DNA of 64,000 nt from Glaucostegus cemiculus (Eukaryota), in the NCBI GenBank assembly GCA_976551045.1, contig CDPCPM010000076.1, forward strand, positions 19,840,001-19,904,000, read 5' to 3'. Below are positions 50,630 to 64,000 of this stretch, in pieces; position 1 is the first letter of the stretch, and the number at the start of each line of letters is the position of its first letter. The position numbers were made by a program, and so were the translations under genes. The notes under the pieces are model-generated. The model had not been told where the DNA came from, searched no databases, and saw nothing but the letters and a program-made list of their open reading frames with translations.

Positions 50630-51502
50630 GAATAAAATTGGAATTGGTTTATTATGGTCACATGTACCAAGATACAGTGGTATCTTGGTACTCATTCATA
50701 CAGATCAATTGATTACACTGTGCATCAAGGTAGTACAAGGTAAAACAATAACAGAATGCAAAAAGAATGTAACAGCTACAGAACAAGTGTAGTGCAGGTA
50801 GACAATAAGATGCAAAGCCATAAAGAAGTAGATTGTGAGGTCAAGGGTCCATCTTATTGTACTAGGGAACTGTTCCATAGTCTTATCACTGCTGGGTAGA
50901 AGCTGTCCTTGAGCCTGGTGGTGCGCTTTCAGGTTTTTGTATCTTCTGCCTGATAAGAAAGGGGAGAACAGAGAATGTCCAAGGCAGGTGGAGCCTTTGA
51001 TTTTGCTGACTGCTTTAACCAAGGCAGTGAGAAGTATAGACAGAGTCCATGGAGGGGAGGTTGATTTCCGTGATGTGCTGAGTTGTATCCACAGCTTTCT
51101 GCAGTTTCTTGCGGTCATAGGCAGAGCAGTTGCCATATCAAGCTGTGATGCATCCAGATAGGATGCTTTCTATGGTGCATTGATAAAAATTGGTGAGGGT
51201 CGACAGGGACATTCCCTATTTCTTTGGCCTCTTAATGAAGTAGAGGCGTTGGTGAGCTTTCTTGACCATGGCGTCTATGTGGTTGGACCAGGACAGGTTA
51301 TTGGTGATGTTCACTCCTAGGAACTTGAAGCTCTCAACCCTCTCGGCCCCAGCACCGTTGACGTAGACAGGAACATGTGCACCGCCCCTCTTCCTAAAGT
51401 CATGACCAGCTCTTTTGTTTTGCTAACATTGAGGGGAAGGTTGTTGTTACGACACTATGTTACTAATCTCTCTATCTCCTTCCTGTACTCCGACTCATCA
51501 CT
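50630..51502 (-). mobile_element. Rex1/Babar-type LINE 3' fragment, moderately decayed
   Basis: The minus strand from ~51501 reads SDESEYRKEIERLVT*CRNNNLPLNVSKTKELV. GHSLFSPFLSGRRYKNLK lies in ORF 50705..51136. The tail is ggtacatgtgaccataataaaccaattcc. Confidence 0.9.
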
Positions 51503-51669
51503 ATAACCTGCCCACTGGAGTGAACAATGTAATTAGAGTCTTCATGGGGTGTTGGCCTAGGAGAGAATACTAACACTGGTTCACTTATCATGCTAGTATA
51601 TTTGAAGGATCAAGTGAAGACAGCATTGGTGGTACTCTCCATTGTTTTGTCTCAGAAGCACATGGATGG

Positions 51670-51810
51670 CCATGTGCTGCCTATGGATTTCTGCTTCATC
51701 CCAAAGTTGTGCAGGTTAATTGGCCACTGTAAAATTCCCTTAGTATGTAGATGAGTGGTAGAATCTGGAGGAGAGTTGATGGGAATGTGGGGAGAATGGG
51801 TAAGGAGGTG
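51670..51810 (+). mobile_element. V-SINE fragment
   Basis: catcccaaag...gcaggttaattggccactgtaaaattccct...gagtggtagaatctgg...gttgatgggaatgtggggagaat. Confidence 0.75.
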
Positions 51811-52335
51811 CATCATAGCTCCCTACCAGTTTGAAAAATTTACAGTTGGACAGCAGGGACTGTCAACAGAAGTTTTCCACAAGATTACATTGTTCATTTT
51901 GATACTCCTGCAATTCTACTTCCATTAATGGTTATTTTCAATGCCCTTCTAAGGAATAAACATCTTATGTTGCATGCTGCCAAAGCAGTATGGCAGATTT
52001 CCCTTTGACAAAGAACAGGTCTTGCGCTTCTATTTTTTCTAATTTTGCTCCAGTATTTACTTTCCACTGTTGACTTTTCTCTGGTCCTGAGTCAGTAACA
52101 CCTATTTTGGGTTCCTCACTTTACCTAGGGTAATTTGATTATTTAAAGTTTTTATGCATCTTTTATGATGAAAATAATGGTTCTGTGGCCATTTCCTTTT
52201 GTTTTGGTCTGCTTAAGTTCTCTGGCCCTTGAGTAATGTTGATCACTAAATTTTCCTCCCCTGAGCACATTTGTACCATACAGTGCACCATGCAAAGTTG
52301 TTTAAATCTCTGATTTGTTAAAATCTTTCCCTTAA

Positions 52336-52518
<183 letters not shown>

Positions 52519-55379
52519 TAAAAATGAAAGCACAGCAAACAAACATTTCTTATACGGATAGCTATTGAGAATATTGCTAATGATCGTCTACTAATACTCT
52601 CAATCTCCCTGCTCCACATTGATCATATTTCTACACCATTTCTTCAATTTAAAATCTCCATGCCTGTTTTCAAATCATTTGATGGTCTCACCCTTTGCCA
52701 TTCCTGTCCCCTCCAACTCCATCATGAACAATGTGTTATCTGAACTAAAAGTATTAGCCATTCATTTTTATAATACCATTGGTATTATTGCTCAAATTTT
52801 TATAATTCTCACTTGATATTTCCATTACAAAATATCAAGTGAGGATTTTCTACCAGTGACAAAACTCTTAGCAACAAATTAACACCAGGGAATCTATAAG
52901 GTGCCAGCCCAATCCGCAATCATGAAATCTAACCTGATGGCAGGGCTTTGCATGTAAATAACATTACATTCAAGGAAGAGCGTGTCTACAAGAATTGGGG
53001 TGTTGGTGATCATTCAAGACAAACCCCTATCCTGGAAACAAGAAAAACCTAATGCAGTGTGAATCTACCATTTAGAAACAAAAGTCTGAAAAATCAAAAT
53101 GATCTACAGTTACTAAGAACATTTAATTCAATAAATATCTAATGTTTACACTGTTCCCTCACAGCTACTCCTCTCTATTCAAATAAATGGTCTACCCTGC
53201 TGCAGGTTCAGAATAAGTATCAGGTTTATTATGATGTGAAATTTGTTGTTTTGCGGCAGCGGACAGATATTGCTGGGGAACTGATGCAACTTCACACTGT
53301 GATGCTGGACCTCCAAATTTAATATCAGAGCACATTTGGGAAAACTTCACTAAAGATCAGCCAGCCTCTTCAGGCCTTCCAGATTCATCTGGGTATCATG
53401 AACTGGGTGCATTTGTGCAGGGAAACATTGGCATTTCCATACAAAAAATGACAGTACTTTCCTGCAAAATCTGGCACATTAGGCAGTCAATATGCGCTGC
53501 AATATCCACTTCCCTTACAATGAAATTTCTTTGCCACAAACAATACACAAGTTAATCTATTTCACAACATCATTGTTAAAAGTTGTGTTTAAACAAATCA
53601 GTTCTAAATTTAAATTGTTCCTATTGTTGAAAATGCTGTATATTTCCAGATCTTATACATCGTTGAAGCCCTATGCTGAACTATAATTACGAATCCTAGA
53701 ATACTTCCCAGTTGTAAAATACTGGACAGATGAATATAGTAATTTAATGAAGTGAGCATTGTTCTAATCATTGTCCCTGGAGACTTGTTCTTTATGGAGA
53801 ATTTTGCATGAAGATTTGAGAGATGTTAAGAGGTCACCACAAGGAAAATGAATTAAAACAGCATGTCATTTGCAAACTGTTATTTTGATCTGGGCTCTAT
53901 TTTACACAGTATCTGATCCCACTCAAACTATCTACAGTGCTATTCAGGAGCCTGCCATTCCTTGATTTTTAAAATAACGTGTGGCTTCTCTCAGGAGAAG
54001 TCTTGCTTCAGGACATATTGCTGTTTTTACAGCTCCTTGGACAATTTCAAAGCCTTTGTGGCAAGTGTAGGATGTTGTGATCTCTTAAGAGATTTATGGC
54101 AATTTACATTTTTCTTCAAGCCCTACATTTTACATTGTAGTTAAAGGAGGACAGAGCTGTAGCTGCACTGCTAGAATGCTCATTCTTTCAAAAATATATT
54201 AGCCTAGAACATACCTCAAACGCTGGCATTATAATTTGTCATAATTATTTTGCCTCCTACATCACAAACAGAAACTTCCTGTCATAGTCAGCACAGCAAA
54301 ACTGTTGCAGTCTTGAACTTTGCCTCGGGCTTCTTCCCAGTATTCTCAGGGTATTTTGGTAGCATAGCCCATCTATTGTTCAGGCTTGCATTAAACAGGA
54401 GACTAATGCCACATTTGTCAAATGAAAACACTACCATTATATTCCCTGGTGGACAAGTAGAAGTGGCAGGGTCAGGCTCTGGAGAACCCTGTAAGCTCTT
54501 CAAACCACAATTCCAAGATGTCATCAAATCCCATCACCTCATCACACCGCCTCCCTTAAATGTCCCCACCATCTTAATGAATCACAAGGGTTTCCAGACC
54601 ATTGAAGTAACTGGCACTTGAGTGTCTACGACATGTCAGCATATCACAAGGGTCTACACCTGCTTTCCCATCAGTTAGCTGTGGCCCTTTGGCCTGTTGG
54701 TAAATGCTGTATATGAAAATTGCTTCCTGTTGTTCATTTTATCCTGCTAAAGTGCTCTATTCTCTTTGTACTACACATTGCAGTCATTTTAGAAAAAAAA
54801 ATGCACGATTTGCAGAAATAATGGAGTTCTGAATTTGTATAGGGTTGGTTGTTATAATAGTTATGTGATTATTTAAGGCCAGTTTTGCCTTCTACACTCT
54901 AGAGATAGGAAGGCCATTTGCTGGTTCAAAGACAAGGATGAAAATTTTGAAGTGGAAGTGTTGGCATATTTAGAACCAACACAGTATGAGTCTGTATTAG
55001 AGTATTAGCTGAATGCAAGCAAAATTCCTTGAATGAATTAAATACAAGGATGAAAAGAGTGAAGTTGATCAAGAAAGTGCTGAAAAAATTGAAGGCCTAA
55101 AAATGAAGAAGAGGTGGATTTAGTCAGTAAAAGCAAGTTGAAGAAGGATGAAATGAGTGTTTAAGGGAAATTATATGGGAGTCAAACGTTCTGTCAAAGG
55201 TTGAATAGCATCCCAAGCCAGAGGAACAGTTGGGTTCAACTTGAAACCATAGATATGGGGGAGAGGGAAGGAAAGACATATTACCCAAGGATGCAATGGT
55301 AAGCAGACTTCAGTGGTAGCTTCAGTCAACCCAATATTCTGCTGAAGAAAATAGCAGATAATAAAAGGCAGGAGACCAG

Positions 55380-55740
55380 CCAAGCATAGAAAAATAGTAG
55401 GCCATTCTTCACTTCAAGCCTGCACAGCCATTCAATATGAAAATCAGTGCCAATCCCATATTCCTGCTCTCTCTCCAAACTCTTTGGTGTTTTTTTTTGT
55501 GTCTAAAAGCTATCTATATCCTTGTTAAGTACATTCAGTGATTTGGGCTCCGCAGTCTTATGTGATAGAAAATTCCACATTCACCAGCTTTTGAATGAAG
55601 AAATTTCTCTCAACTCAGTCTTGAATGTCTGGCCCCAGTCATGACACTGTGACCCCTGACTCTAGACCGCACTCCCCACAAGCCAGAAGAAACATCCTGT
55701 CTGCATGCAGCCTGTTGAGCCCTGTCAGAATTTTTGTACA
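55380..55740 (-). mobile_element. Decayed CR1 3' fragment
   Basis: gtaggccattc...gccattcaatatga...aattccacattcacc...tgaagaaatttctctcaactcagtc...gtgacccctgactctagac. Confidence 0.75.
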
Positions 55741-56319
55741 TAGCCCTGTGAGCATTTCAAAAGGGATTGGCAGTGTGGCACTGTACGTTCATATGTGAAT
55801 GCTGACTGCACATCTGTTGATGTTGGCATCAGGGCAGCATGTAAATAGAATAAGAGAAGTGAGCCAAGGACAGATCTTTAGGGTCTCCAGGGCTAATGGA
55901 TGAATAAGTAAACACATTTGTAACAGCAAGATTCAGACACGTCAGCTCATTCAGAAACTTTTCTGCATCAAGTTAATGTATACCAAGTAAGGGAAGGTAA
56001 CATTAGATGGATTGGTTCTGACAAGTTCCTGTCCTGTCCTGTCCTCTAGCTGACCTGATAAAGAGTGACAACTTCTACTTCCAGTGGAAAAATGCTGAGG
56101 TTCTTGTGAAAGAGTAACAAGCTGTCCCATGGGCCAAAACACTGTCAGTTTAAAACCATCTTCCTCTTGTTATTGTGTACTTACTTGTACCTTATTTCAG
56201 GTTTCCAGCCTGTGCTGAGGTGAATGCCTTTCATTTCATTGTTCTCTTGTTCAGAACCTAGTTGTACAAGTTTATATAGCCTTGTATAATTAAAGTGTTC
56301 ACTAAAAATGAAAGAAAAC

Positions 56320-56775
56320 ACTATAACACAAGAATTGGCCATTTGGCCCCCAAGCCTGCCTTGTCATTAAGATCATGGCTGATGTACCCTTGGCTTCAAC
56401 TCATCTTCTGTGCCAGATGCCCACAGCCATCAATTCCATGATCTTTCAAAATAAAATCGACTTCCACTTTAAATACTTAATATGAGTGAGCCTCCACAAC
56501 GCTCTGGGGCAGAGAATTCTAGAGATTTCTACATGCCTTTGGTTTTAAATGGCCAGTTCCTTAACTTAAAACCATGTCCCCTCATTCAAGATTCTCCCAG
56601 TAGCAAAACCATCTCGACACCTACACTGTCATGCCCCTTTAGAATCTTCTATGTTTCAATAAGCTCACTCTTCATTCTTCTAAGAATGCAGATCAACTTG
56701 TTCATCCTCTCTTGAAAGGACAGTACTGTCATCCCAGGAATTAGCCTGGTGAATCTCTTTTGGACTGCCTGCAAT
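56320..56775 (-). mobile_element. Decayed CR1 3' fragment
   Basis: ggccatttggcccc...agatcatggctgat...ctccacaacgctctggggcagagaattc...ccaggaattagcctggtgaatctc (RFTRLIPG on the minus strand). Confidence 0.78.
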
Positions 56776-58324
56776 TTACTATTACCAAGTATTTGCTGAA
56801 TCTTATTAGAATTTTAAAAAAAACACACAATTAAGAGCAAAATTATGTTTAAACCTTCATTTTAATAAAGACCTGCTGCGTATAAAGCAATACATTCACT
56901 TGTACTGGACAGCCCCTGGACTTCATCAACCTCCTGATCTGGTAAATGTCATTGGAAACACCAGTTTTAATTTTTGGGGACCAATGTTGTGGGACTTTTA
57001 TAAATAGATGAATTAGGGATGGTGATGGAAGAGTGACTGGTTGATATGAAACATGGAATATGTTGAATTTTATGGATCCTTGAGACCAGCTGGATGATCT
57101 TCAGTCATTTCTCCCAAACCTACAAGTTCTCACAGACCTAACCACAGGAAAAGCATTAGCATAGAGCAGCAGTCAGATTGACAGGATGCTTGAATCTATT
57201 CCAGAGTGAACTCAAAATTCTATCTTACGTTGAAACCCTTCTGGAAGGTGGGAACCTATGACTCGGGAACTGTCCTGTAGTTGTTAAGACACAGGATGGA
57301 CACCTCCCAAGGAGAGTCATGAAGACCTAAAATAGTTCTCTCGCTCCAAATGGTACAAGAAATATATCAAAATATGTTATAACAATCATAAATGGAAAGA
57401 TTTTGAAACATTTTCTTGGCTATTTCTTGTTTATTAATGATTATTTTGCAAATAAATAGTGAACTTCAATACCCTGTCTAATAAGCTTGGTTCTTAATAT
57501 TTGTGACAATTAAAACAGATTGCTAAATAGCTTCAATGAAGTGGTTCAGTTTCATAATATCTGAATCACTTTATCCAAATCAACAGCAAACACATCAGAC
57601 CTGTTACTGGAGCTGCCCAAGCCAATATTTAAATTTAAACACAACCTTTGCTACCCACTGGTTTGGTTCCCAACAGACTCAATTGATTACCAGTCATTTA
57701 CTAATCGAACAGAATAATAAAACAATTAATCACTCTCTCTGTGAACCAAGCAAAGTAATTCATTTCTGTTTGACTAAAACCTCTTGCCATGAATCCCCCA
57801 AGGCTTGTGTACAGCTGAACTGTGCAGACCACAGGGTTCCAGGTTGGATTTGCACTCTGTCAAATTAGTTATTAGCTAGAGTAGCTCTTGGAATGCTGTA
57901 TTGTTCATGCGAGCTGGTGGGGAGTTGGGTCTTTAAGATGTGGTAAGTACTCATTCTCTATCCAGCAATACCCTTACTGCAAAGTGCACATTTGGGATGC
58001 AGAATTAGGACAAAAGTGCTCACAGTGTGGATAACTCTATTGGCTGAATAACAATCTAACACTTGCTGCTTATTCAAAAGCCTAAAGCATAGACACTTGA
58101 AGCACTGGCAGTGCTCTTGGGACTGCACTCTAGCTTTAGTCAATGCCTTTTATTGAAAAGCAAAGGGAAAATTAAAAAGGGAAAACAATGCCTTAGTTGA
58201 ATAATGATGGCTTAAACATTGCTGCATTCCCTAGGTACTGTAAAGTTTCCATACTTGAAGTACATTCCTCACAACATTATATAGTAAAGTAATACACGTA
58301 ACCTATATATTTTTTGCTTCTCTG

Positions 58325-58545
58325 TCAGAGATAGTGCTTTTCAAACATGAGATTAAGCTAAAGTCTCATCTATGTTATCAGATAATTAGGGAGTTCTCCA
58401 TAACAGCTTTGGCCAATATTTAATGCTCAATGTCAGTGAAACAGATAACTTGACCATTCACATGTTTTTCTGTGTTTGAGCCTAATATGCTCAAGTTGTT
58501 TTCCAAAAGCACTTTGTGTAAGGAGCTTTAGCACTTGCTGAGAAA
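58325..58545 (+). mobile_element. Deu-domain SINE remnant just upstream of the second FN3 exon
   Basis: gagattaagctaaagtctcatct...gggagttctcc...ggccaatatttaatgctcaa...aaacagataacttgaccatt. Confidence 0.6.
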
Positions 58546-58864
58546 GGAACAAGGTAAATTAGTCATTTTCCCTCACTTGTTTTTCACTTTCTCTTTCCAA
58601 GCCTACAAAATATTAAAATAATGTATATAGAAACTTTGGTTAGTTGTGCAGACAAGTCCTCTGGATGTGATTCCAATTAAGGTGTGTCATTGCATGCAAG
58701 TTTGAATTCCTTCCTTGTCCAGGATCACATTCTACAGGTAACACACCAGTGCAAACCCATACTCACCTGATCCTAACAAAGTGCTTTGTTTTGCTTTTAA
58801 ATGAGCAATAGTCATTTCAGTAAGTGCTCATCATCTTACTCAGCCACAACTCTTCCTATTGCAG

Positions 58865-59026
58865 GTTTGTACAATTCTGTTGATAGTTGGATGATTGTTC
58901 CCAACATCAAACAGAACCATTACACAGTGCATGGACTGCAGACTGGAACCAGGTATATCTTTGTTGTGAAGGCAATCAACCAGGCTGGCAGTCGTATCAG
59001 TGAACCTGCGAGACTGAAAACCAATA
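58865..59026 (+). CDS. MID2: MID2 coding exon, C-terminal half of FN3 domain; 162 nt, phase 1-1
   Basis: cttcctattgcag| ... |gtaagt. Translates (S)[53 protein letters not shown](S), inside ORF 58801..59052. Confidence 0.95.
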
Positions 59027-62000
59027 GTAAGTATTCCTTTATGATTTCATAGATGTTTGAGTTAAAATAGTTGAAACCTCATCTTTCTGCTATCCTCAGT
59101 TAGCAGCGGGACATTGAGGCTGGCATCACCCTTCCAGTTAACCCAAGCAGTTACTGGGTTTTGTTAAAGACAGAACAAAACTGAAGTATTTATAGACTCA
59201 ACTTAATTAGTTGATCTCAACTCAGCCAACAGTGAATACTAAAATCAGCCTAAATGCCCTTTTGGAAAAAATGTCTTTTCCCCTGATTAAGTTGTCTCTG
59301 CCAGTAGGTGTCTATATACATGATAACTGAGATAGCACTGAGTCTCCAAGGCCTTGCTAAGTCTACTTCTTCAAAAAGTGTGTGCATGTCAGTCTGGACC
59401 ATATATATTCTGCATGCAATTATGCGTGCAGTGTAGTAATACATTTAGTTTCCTCTAGTAGAACATTGGTTACCAAGTTCCAGTTATAGTCACATGTATT
59501 ACTGTTCAAATACAATTAACAGATTTCAAATGCATAACAACTGCACACAAAAGAATTTTATACTAATGTACTAATCATTGTCCAACTGGAGAAAATTAAA
59601 CCAGGACTCCATTTAAGGTGAGTTTAAAGGAATTCGAACTTTGTTCAATTCTTAAAGGCTTGACATATATTCAGAGACGTTCTGGTGCTTATGGTGCAGT
59701 GCCTAGTACCTCAACATTGTACACCACAGAAGGGCACAGAGCTTTTGCCAGCACTTTTGAGGAGCGTGAGGAGGGAACAAGTGTACAATAGCTTCATAGT
59801 TACAACTTTAAATTTCTAATCTTTCTGCAGCAAAAATGAATTTATACAGCAAAACAAAAATGGAAAAGTGACTGATCCTTGACAATGAAAGAGAAATGGA
59901 TTCATGCGCTCAGTTGTAATGACACACATCAAAGTGCTTCTAAACAATTTCTATGGAAATTAGTCCATCTTCAACACTTAAAAAAAATTCAAAACCAGAT
60001 ACAAAGGGAATTTGTTCTACTTTAGTCCTTCTTTCTTAAAGTCAACTCCTCTCACCATTTGCAGAAATAGGTTACTCAGTCACTACGCAGCACCCTACCT
60101 GCTGCTTTGATCATGGGCCTTCTGCTTGGACTTTCAGTAGAAGGGACAGCAGTGACATCAGCATTATGTTAGGAAAAATACTTTCTCCTCATGCTGAACC
60201 AATGTAGAGTCTGGAGGATATTAGGCAAGTCCAGACCATTTCAGGGAAGGAAGACCTGGAGTGAGAGGAGGGTCTTAGATCAGACATGGCGCAAAGGTTG
60301 GGACAGGTTTTAGTTGCCAACGGTTAGTGGTGGCATGACATACTAGTACTGATTGAGTTTTGGGGTGAGGAAGTGGAATTGGAAGAGACTGCATTTTTAC
60401 ACCATGTGGAATCAGCAGACAAGGCCATGACTACCTTCACAGGTTGAGGTAAAAGGTCTCTTACTGGTACTTTATTGCATCCAAGAAAATTTACAACACA
60501 GAAATATGCCAGTCAAATAAAAGCTCTTCAGTCTAATCAGCCCTTCCAGCAATAGATCTGTAGCCCTACAGTTCACATCTCTCAGCTCTTGAATTACACA
60601 TCCAAGTACTGTTTAACTGTGAGGAAGGTCTTAGCCCTTACCACCTTTCCAGATAGCAAGATCCAGACCCTTGCCACTTCCAAGGTTGGCAAGGTCAGGA
60701 GGAGAAGTATTTTCCTCATCCCTCCACTGATCCTTCTACCTTTATGACCAAAGGAGTTATGCTGATCTAATTTAAAATGTAACCTGCAATGCTTTGATTA
60801 CCTGGCCTGCACATCATTGCTATTGGCAAGACCCTGCAGAGGGCAAATTAGCTACATTATAAAATCCATTTCATTGCCTCTAAAGCAATTGAAGGTTGGG
60901 GAAAAGTTATACAATGCCAGTTCTGTCTTCACCTCCAAAAACTGAGAGCAGCATTTATACATAATGCAAGGAGTATAACTTATTTGAAATCATCTTCTCT
61001 GCCTCAGCATATAGCAAAAGTTAGAAATTCAGCACATCAAGTGAATTTCTGTTTAAATGGTATGCCAGAATCAAACTTCTGCTTTGAATCAACAACACAT
61101 CCAGCTGGAATTGGCTGTGTGACAAAATATCAAACCAGACATCAGAAGATCAGCTATCTTGGCAGATTAATCTCATGAAGAATACCAATGATCAAAGTAG
61201 TTGACAGGAGCTTTGTTGTGTAGCTGAGAAGTCATCATAGACTGAAGGATTAGAGGCACTGAATCACTTCCAATATTAATGTATTCATGTTCATGTTAAG
61301 GAATCTCACTTGACAATATTGCTAAAGCTCATTCATATCGAGGGATGATTGTTGTTGGTTGATTGGTTTCTTCATATGCAGAGCCTGTCTGTGTTCTCAG
61401 TTGTCTTCTTTAAATCACAAGATGGTTTTGGCAGCACTAGTCTCAGGGGAGACCCAACTGCAGTGTCAAAAATTTTACACATGTTTAAAACGACACTTGT
61501 AACTCAACCTACTGCTGTTGATTTCACCCACCCCCTCACCCTCGACTCCCCCCATCTGCCAGTAATTTAATTATAAAGTTGCATGTCCTTTGAGGGCTAT
61601 ATCTGCTTTGAGATGGCATTCTAGATTGTAGATGTTGCCTTTGATTCCAGCATGACAAAAAAATTGAACCATGTCTGCATTGGTGGACTCATTCTTGTAC
61701 TGGATTTTGTGTTTCTGCCAATGTCAACACTGCATAAGAATATGATAGATGTGGCTGCTGGATCAATGATAAGACTGAGACCATTGTCTGGGATTAACCT
61801 GCATACAATGTGTCACGCAGTAGACTGAATGGGCTGTTATTGACTCTATATTGTCTGGCATCTACCACATTGTACTAGATGAGAGCCTATGACTAAATGA
61901 GAGCCTCTAACACATCACTACCACTGGCAGTTGTTTGCATTATGTTACATACTCCCTCTTGCTCTATTTTCTTGAATCTTTTCCATCATCTCAACTTTTT

Positions 62001-62097
62001 TTAAAAAATGGACATTAATTTCAACTTCAAAAACAAGGCTGGGTTGTATGGCAGCTAAAGTGCAAAAAAGACAAAAGAGTATCTACTGAAAGTGGTA

Positions 62098-62722
62098 GAG
62101 GTCATAGAGTCAGAGTTATACAGCACGGAAACAGGCCCTTTGGCCCATCTGGTCCATGCTGACCAAAATGCCACATCCAAGCTAGTCCCATTTGCCAGTG
62201 CTTGGCCCATAACCTTCTAACCCTTTCCAATCCATGTACCTCTCCAACTGTCTTTTAAAAGTTGTTATTGTTCCTGCCTCAACCACTTCAGAATCAGAAT
62301 CAGTTTTATTGTCACTACTATATACACATTCAGTATGCACAGGAGCGAAATACCATACTCCACAGATCAAGGTTCTCGTCACATTAAAAAAAACAATGAG
62401 AGACACAAAGACAGGAAGACATTAACAACATGGGAACCACAAAATTAAATTAACTTCCTCTGGCAACTGATTCCACATAGATACCACCTTTTGTGTAAAA
62501 AAAAAGTTGCCCCTCAAGTTTCTATTAAATCTTTGCCCTCTCACCTTAAACTAGCTATTGACTCCCCAACCCTAGGGGAAAAATAACTGAGTGCATTCAC
62601 CATATATCTGCCTCTCATTATTTTATACACCCTTATAAGGTCACCCCTCCTATGCTCCAAGGAATGAAGTCCTAGCCTGTCCAACCTCTCCCTGTAACTC
62701 AGTCCCTCAAGTCCTGGCAGCT
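62098..62722 (-). mobile_element. CR1 3' fragment interrupted by a Rex1/Babar tail insertion
   Basis: Tail agttatacagcacggaaacaggccctttggccc. EVVEAGTITTFKRQLERYMD..GLEGYGP lies in ORF 62182..62406. The element resumes at ~62453. Confidence 0.88.
62290..62452 (-). mobile_element. Short Rex1/Babar-type 3' UTR insertion with 5-bp TSD
   Basis: Starts agaatcagaatcagttttattgtcac like 41151. ACTTC is duplicated at 62285-62289 and 62453-62457. Confidence 0.85.
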
Positions 62723-64000
62723 TTTAAGAAAAAAAAAACTTTTAGAACAGAAAGATTAATGTCAATGTTAAACTCTAAATTGTACAGAGTGTGTTCTCAT
62801 TTAAAAAAAAGTGTTTCCAGCTCGACTAAGAAGGGAATTATGAGAATATGCCAGAGAATTTTACAATAAACACTTTACCAATCTAGGAAAGACTAAAATG
62901 CATCTCAGAAGTTAAATTGGTGACAAAGTATGGTGAAGTGTGATTCTGTGCTAGTGGGGACTGATTGCCGCTGGTTCCTTCACAAAAATTCAGCAATGGG
63001 CAGAACTGATGGGTCACCACATTCTGATTTTACATTGGTTCAGACCAGCTGACTAGGAAGTTGCCTATGCTCGTCAGTTGTGTACCTTTGGTGTATCTCC
63101 CAGCACGCCCTGGGGTGCAGCCTTCCTCTGGGCTAGCTCCCAGCTAACCAGCAAGACATAGCAAAACACATCACATAGCTCCTGAGGACTAATTAAGGGT
63201 GGCCCTTCCAGAAAGGCCTTGGGAGCCAGTAAGGCACTTAAAAGAAACTAAATCTAATCAATTACTGTTCTTCCAATACTTTTCAATGGGGTAGTTGTAT
63301 TTGCAACAAATTATCATGATTTCAGCAAATTTTCTAGCCTAAGAAACGGGAAATTACAGAAGGTTTGCACTGCACCATTGGATCCATGGATGAACCTGTA
63401 ACATCCATGTTTAATGAGATCTTACCTTCCAAGCGCCATTGAAGTATTGACTCATATACCCAAGGAGCGCTAAAAGTGTGTTGCTTTTTTCAAGGGCTCT
63501 TCACAGAGTGCCTGCAGAATAGTCTAAAAATATTGTTGCAATTCGATGCATGGCACAATCCTTCAGGATTTGGTGGCCTTAAAGCAATAATTACTATTCA
63601 CAATCTGTTATACTTACTACCAGCACAGCAGAGTATGGGGATCCCAGTCCGGCAGTTAACTGGAGCACAAGGCTGAAGTGTTTTTTTTTCCAGTTGTGCC
63701 TAGGAGCCCAGAGTTTCTGCACTGTTAAGCAATCAAAACACAGCACATTCAAGCAGATTTCCTGACTTTTAAATGAAGGTCTAATCCATTGATCAGCAAT
63801 ATTCACAATTCATCTGTGATAAAGATAGCTCATGCCAGCCTGGCATGGTCTGATGGATAGCTTGCCATAACCACCTCAGGGAGCTAGACACTGGTACCTC
63901 GTTATCTTTAGTGCTATTCACACCAAGAGAACAAATTAAGACTAGAATATGATATGAAAATCCATTTATGTACCAAAGGAGAAATCGTCACACTCAGCAT

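Overview
This is AT-rich vertebrate genomic DNA. The repeat content (V-SINEs, Deu-domain SINEs, CR1, Rex1/Babar, RTE and Penelope remnants) points to a cartilaginous fish, probably a ray or relative; that is an inference. The whole window lies inside one plus-strand gene of the Midline TRIM family, best matching MID2/TRIM1. Six consecutive internal coding exons (96, 108, 149, 128, 144 and 162 nt, all AG/GT bounded, 787 nt in one open frame) encode the coiled-coil, COS box and FN3 regions. The RING/B-box exon lies upstream of the window and the PRY-SPRY exons downstream. The first 36 kb is a single long intron with a 142-N gap. Almost all listed ORFs are noise or decayed retroelement fragments. 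I found no evidence of a new multi-gene system. The best novel lead is a candidate in-frame 15-nt microexon (58723-58737) in the FN3 domain. Lesser leads are candidate poison and recursive splice sites, V-SINEs with swapped LINE-derived tails, nested insertions with target-site duplications, a local duplication and a few hairpins. Family assignments come from recalled motifs, not database searches, and repeat boundaries are approximate.
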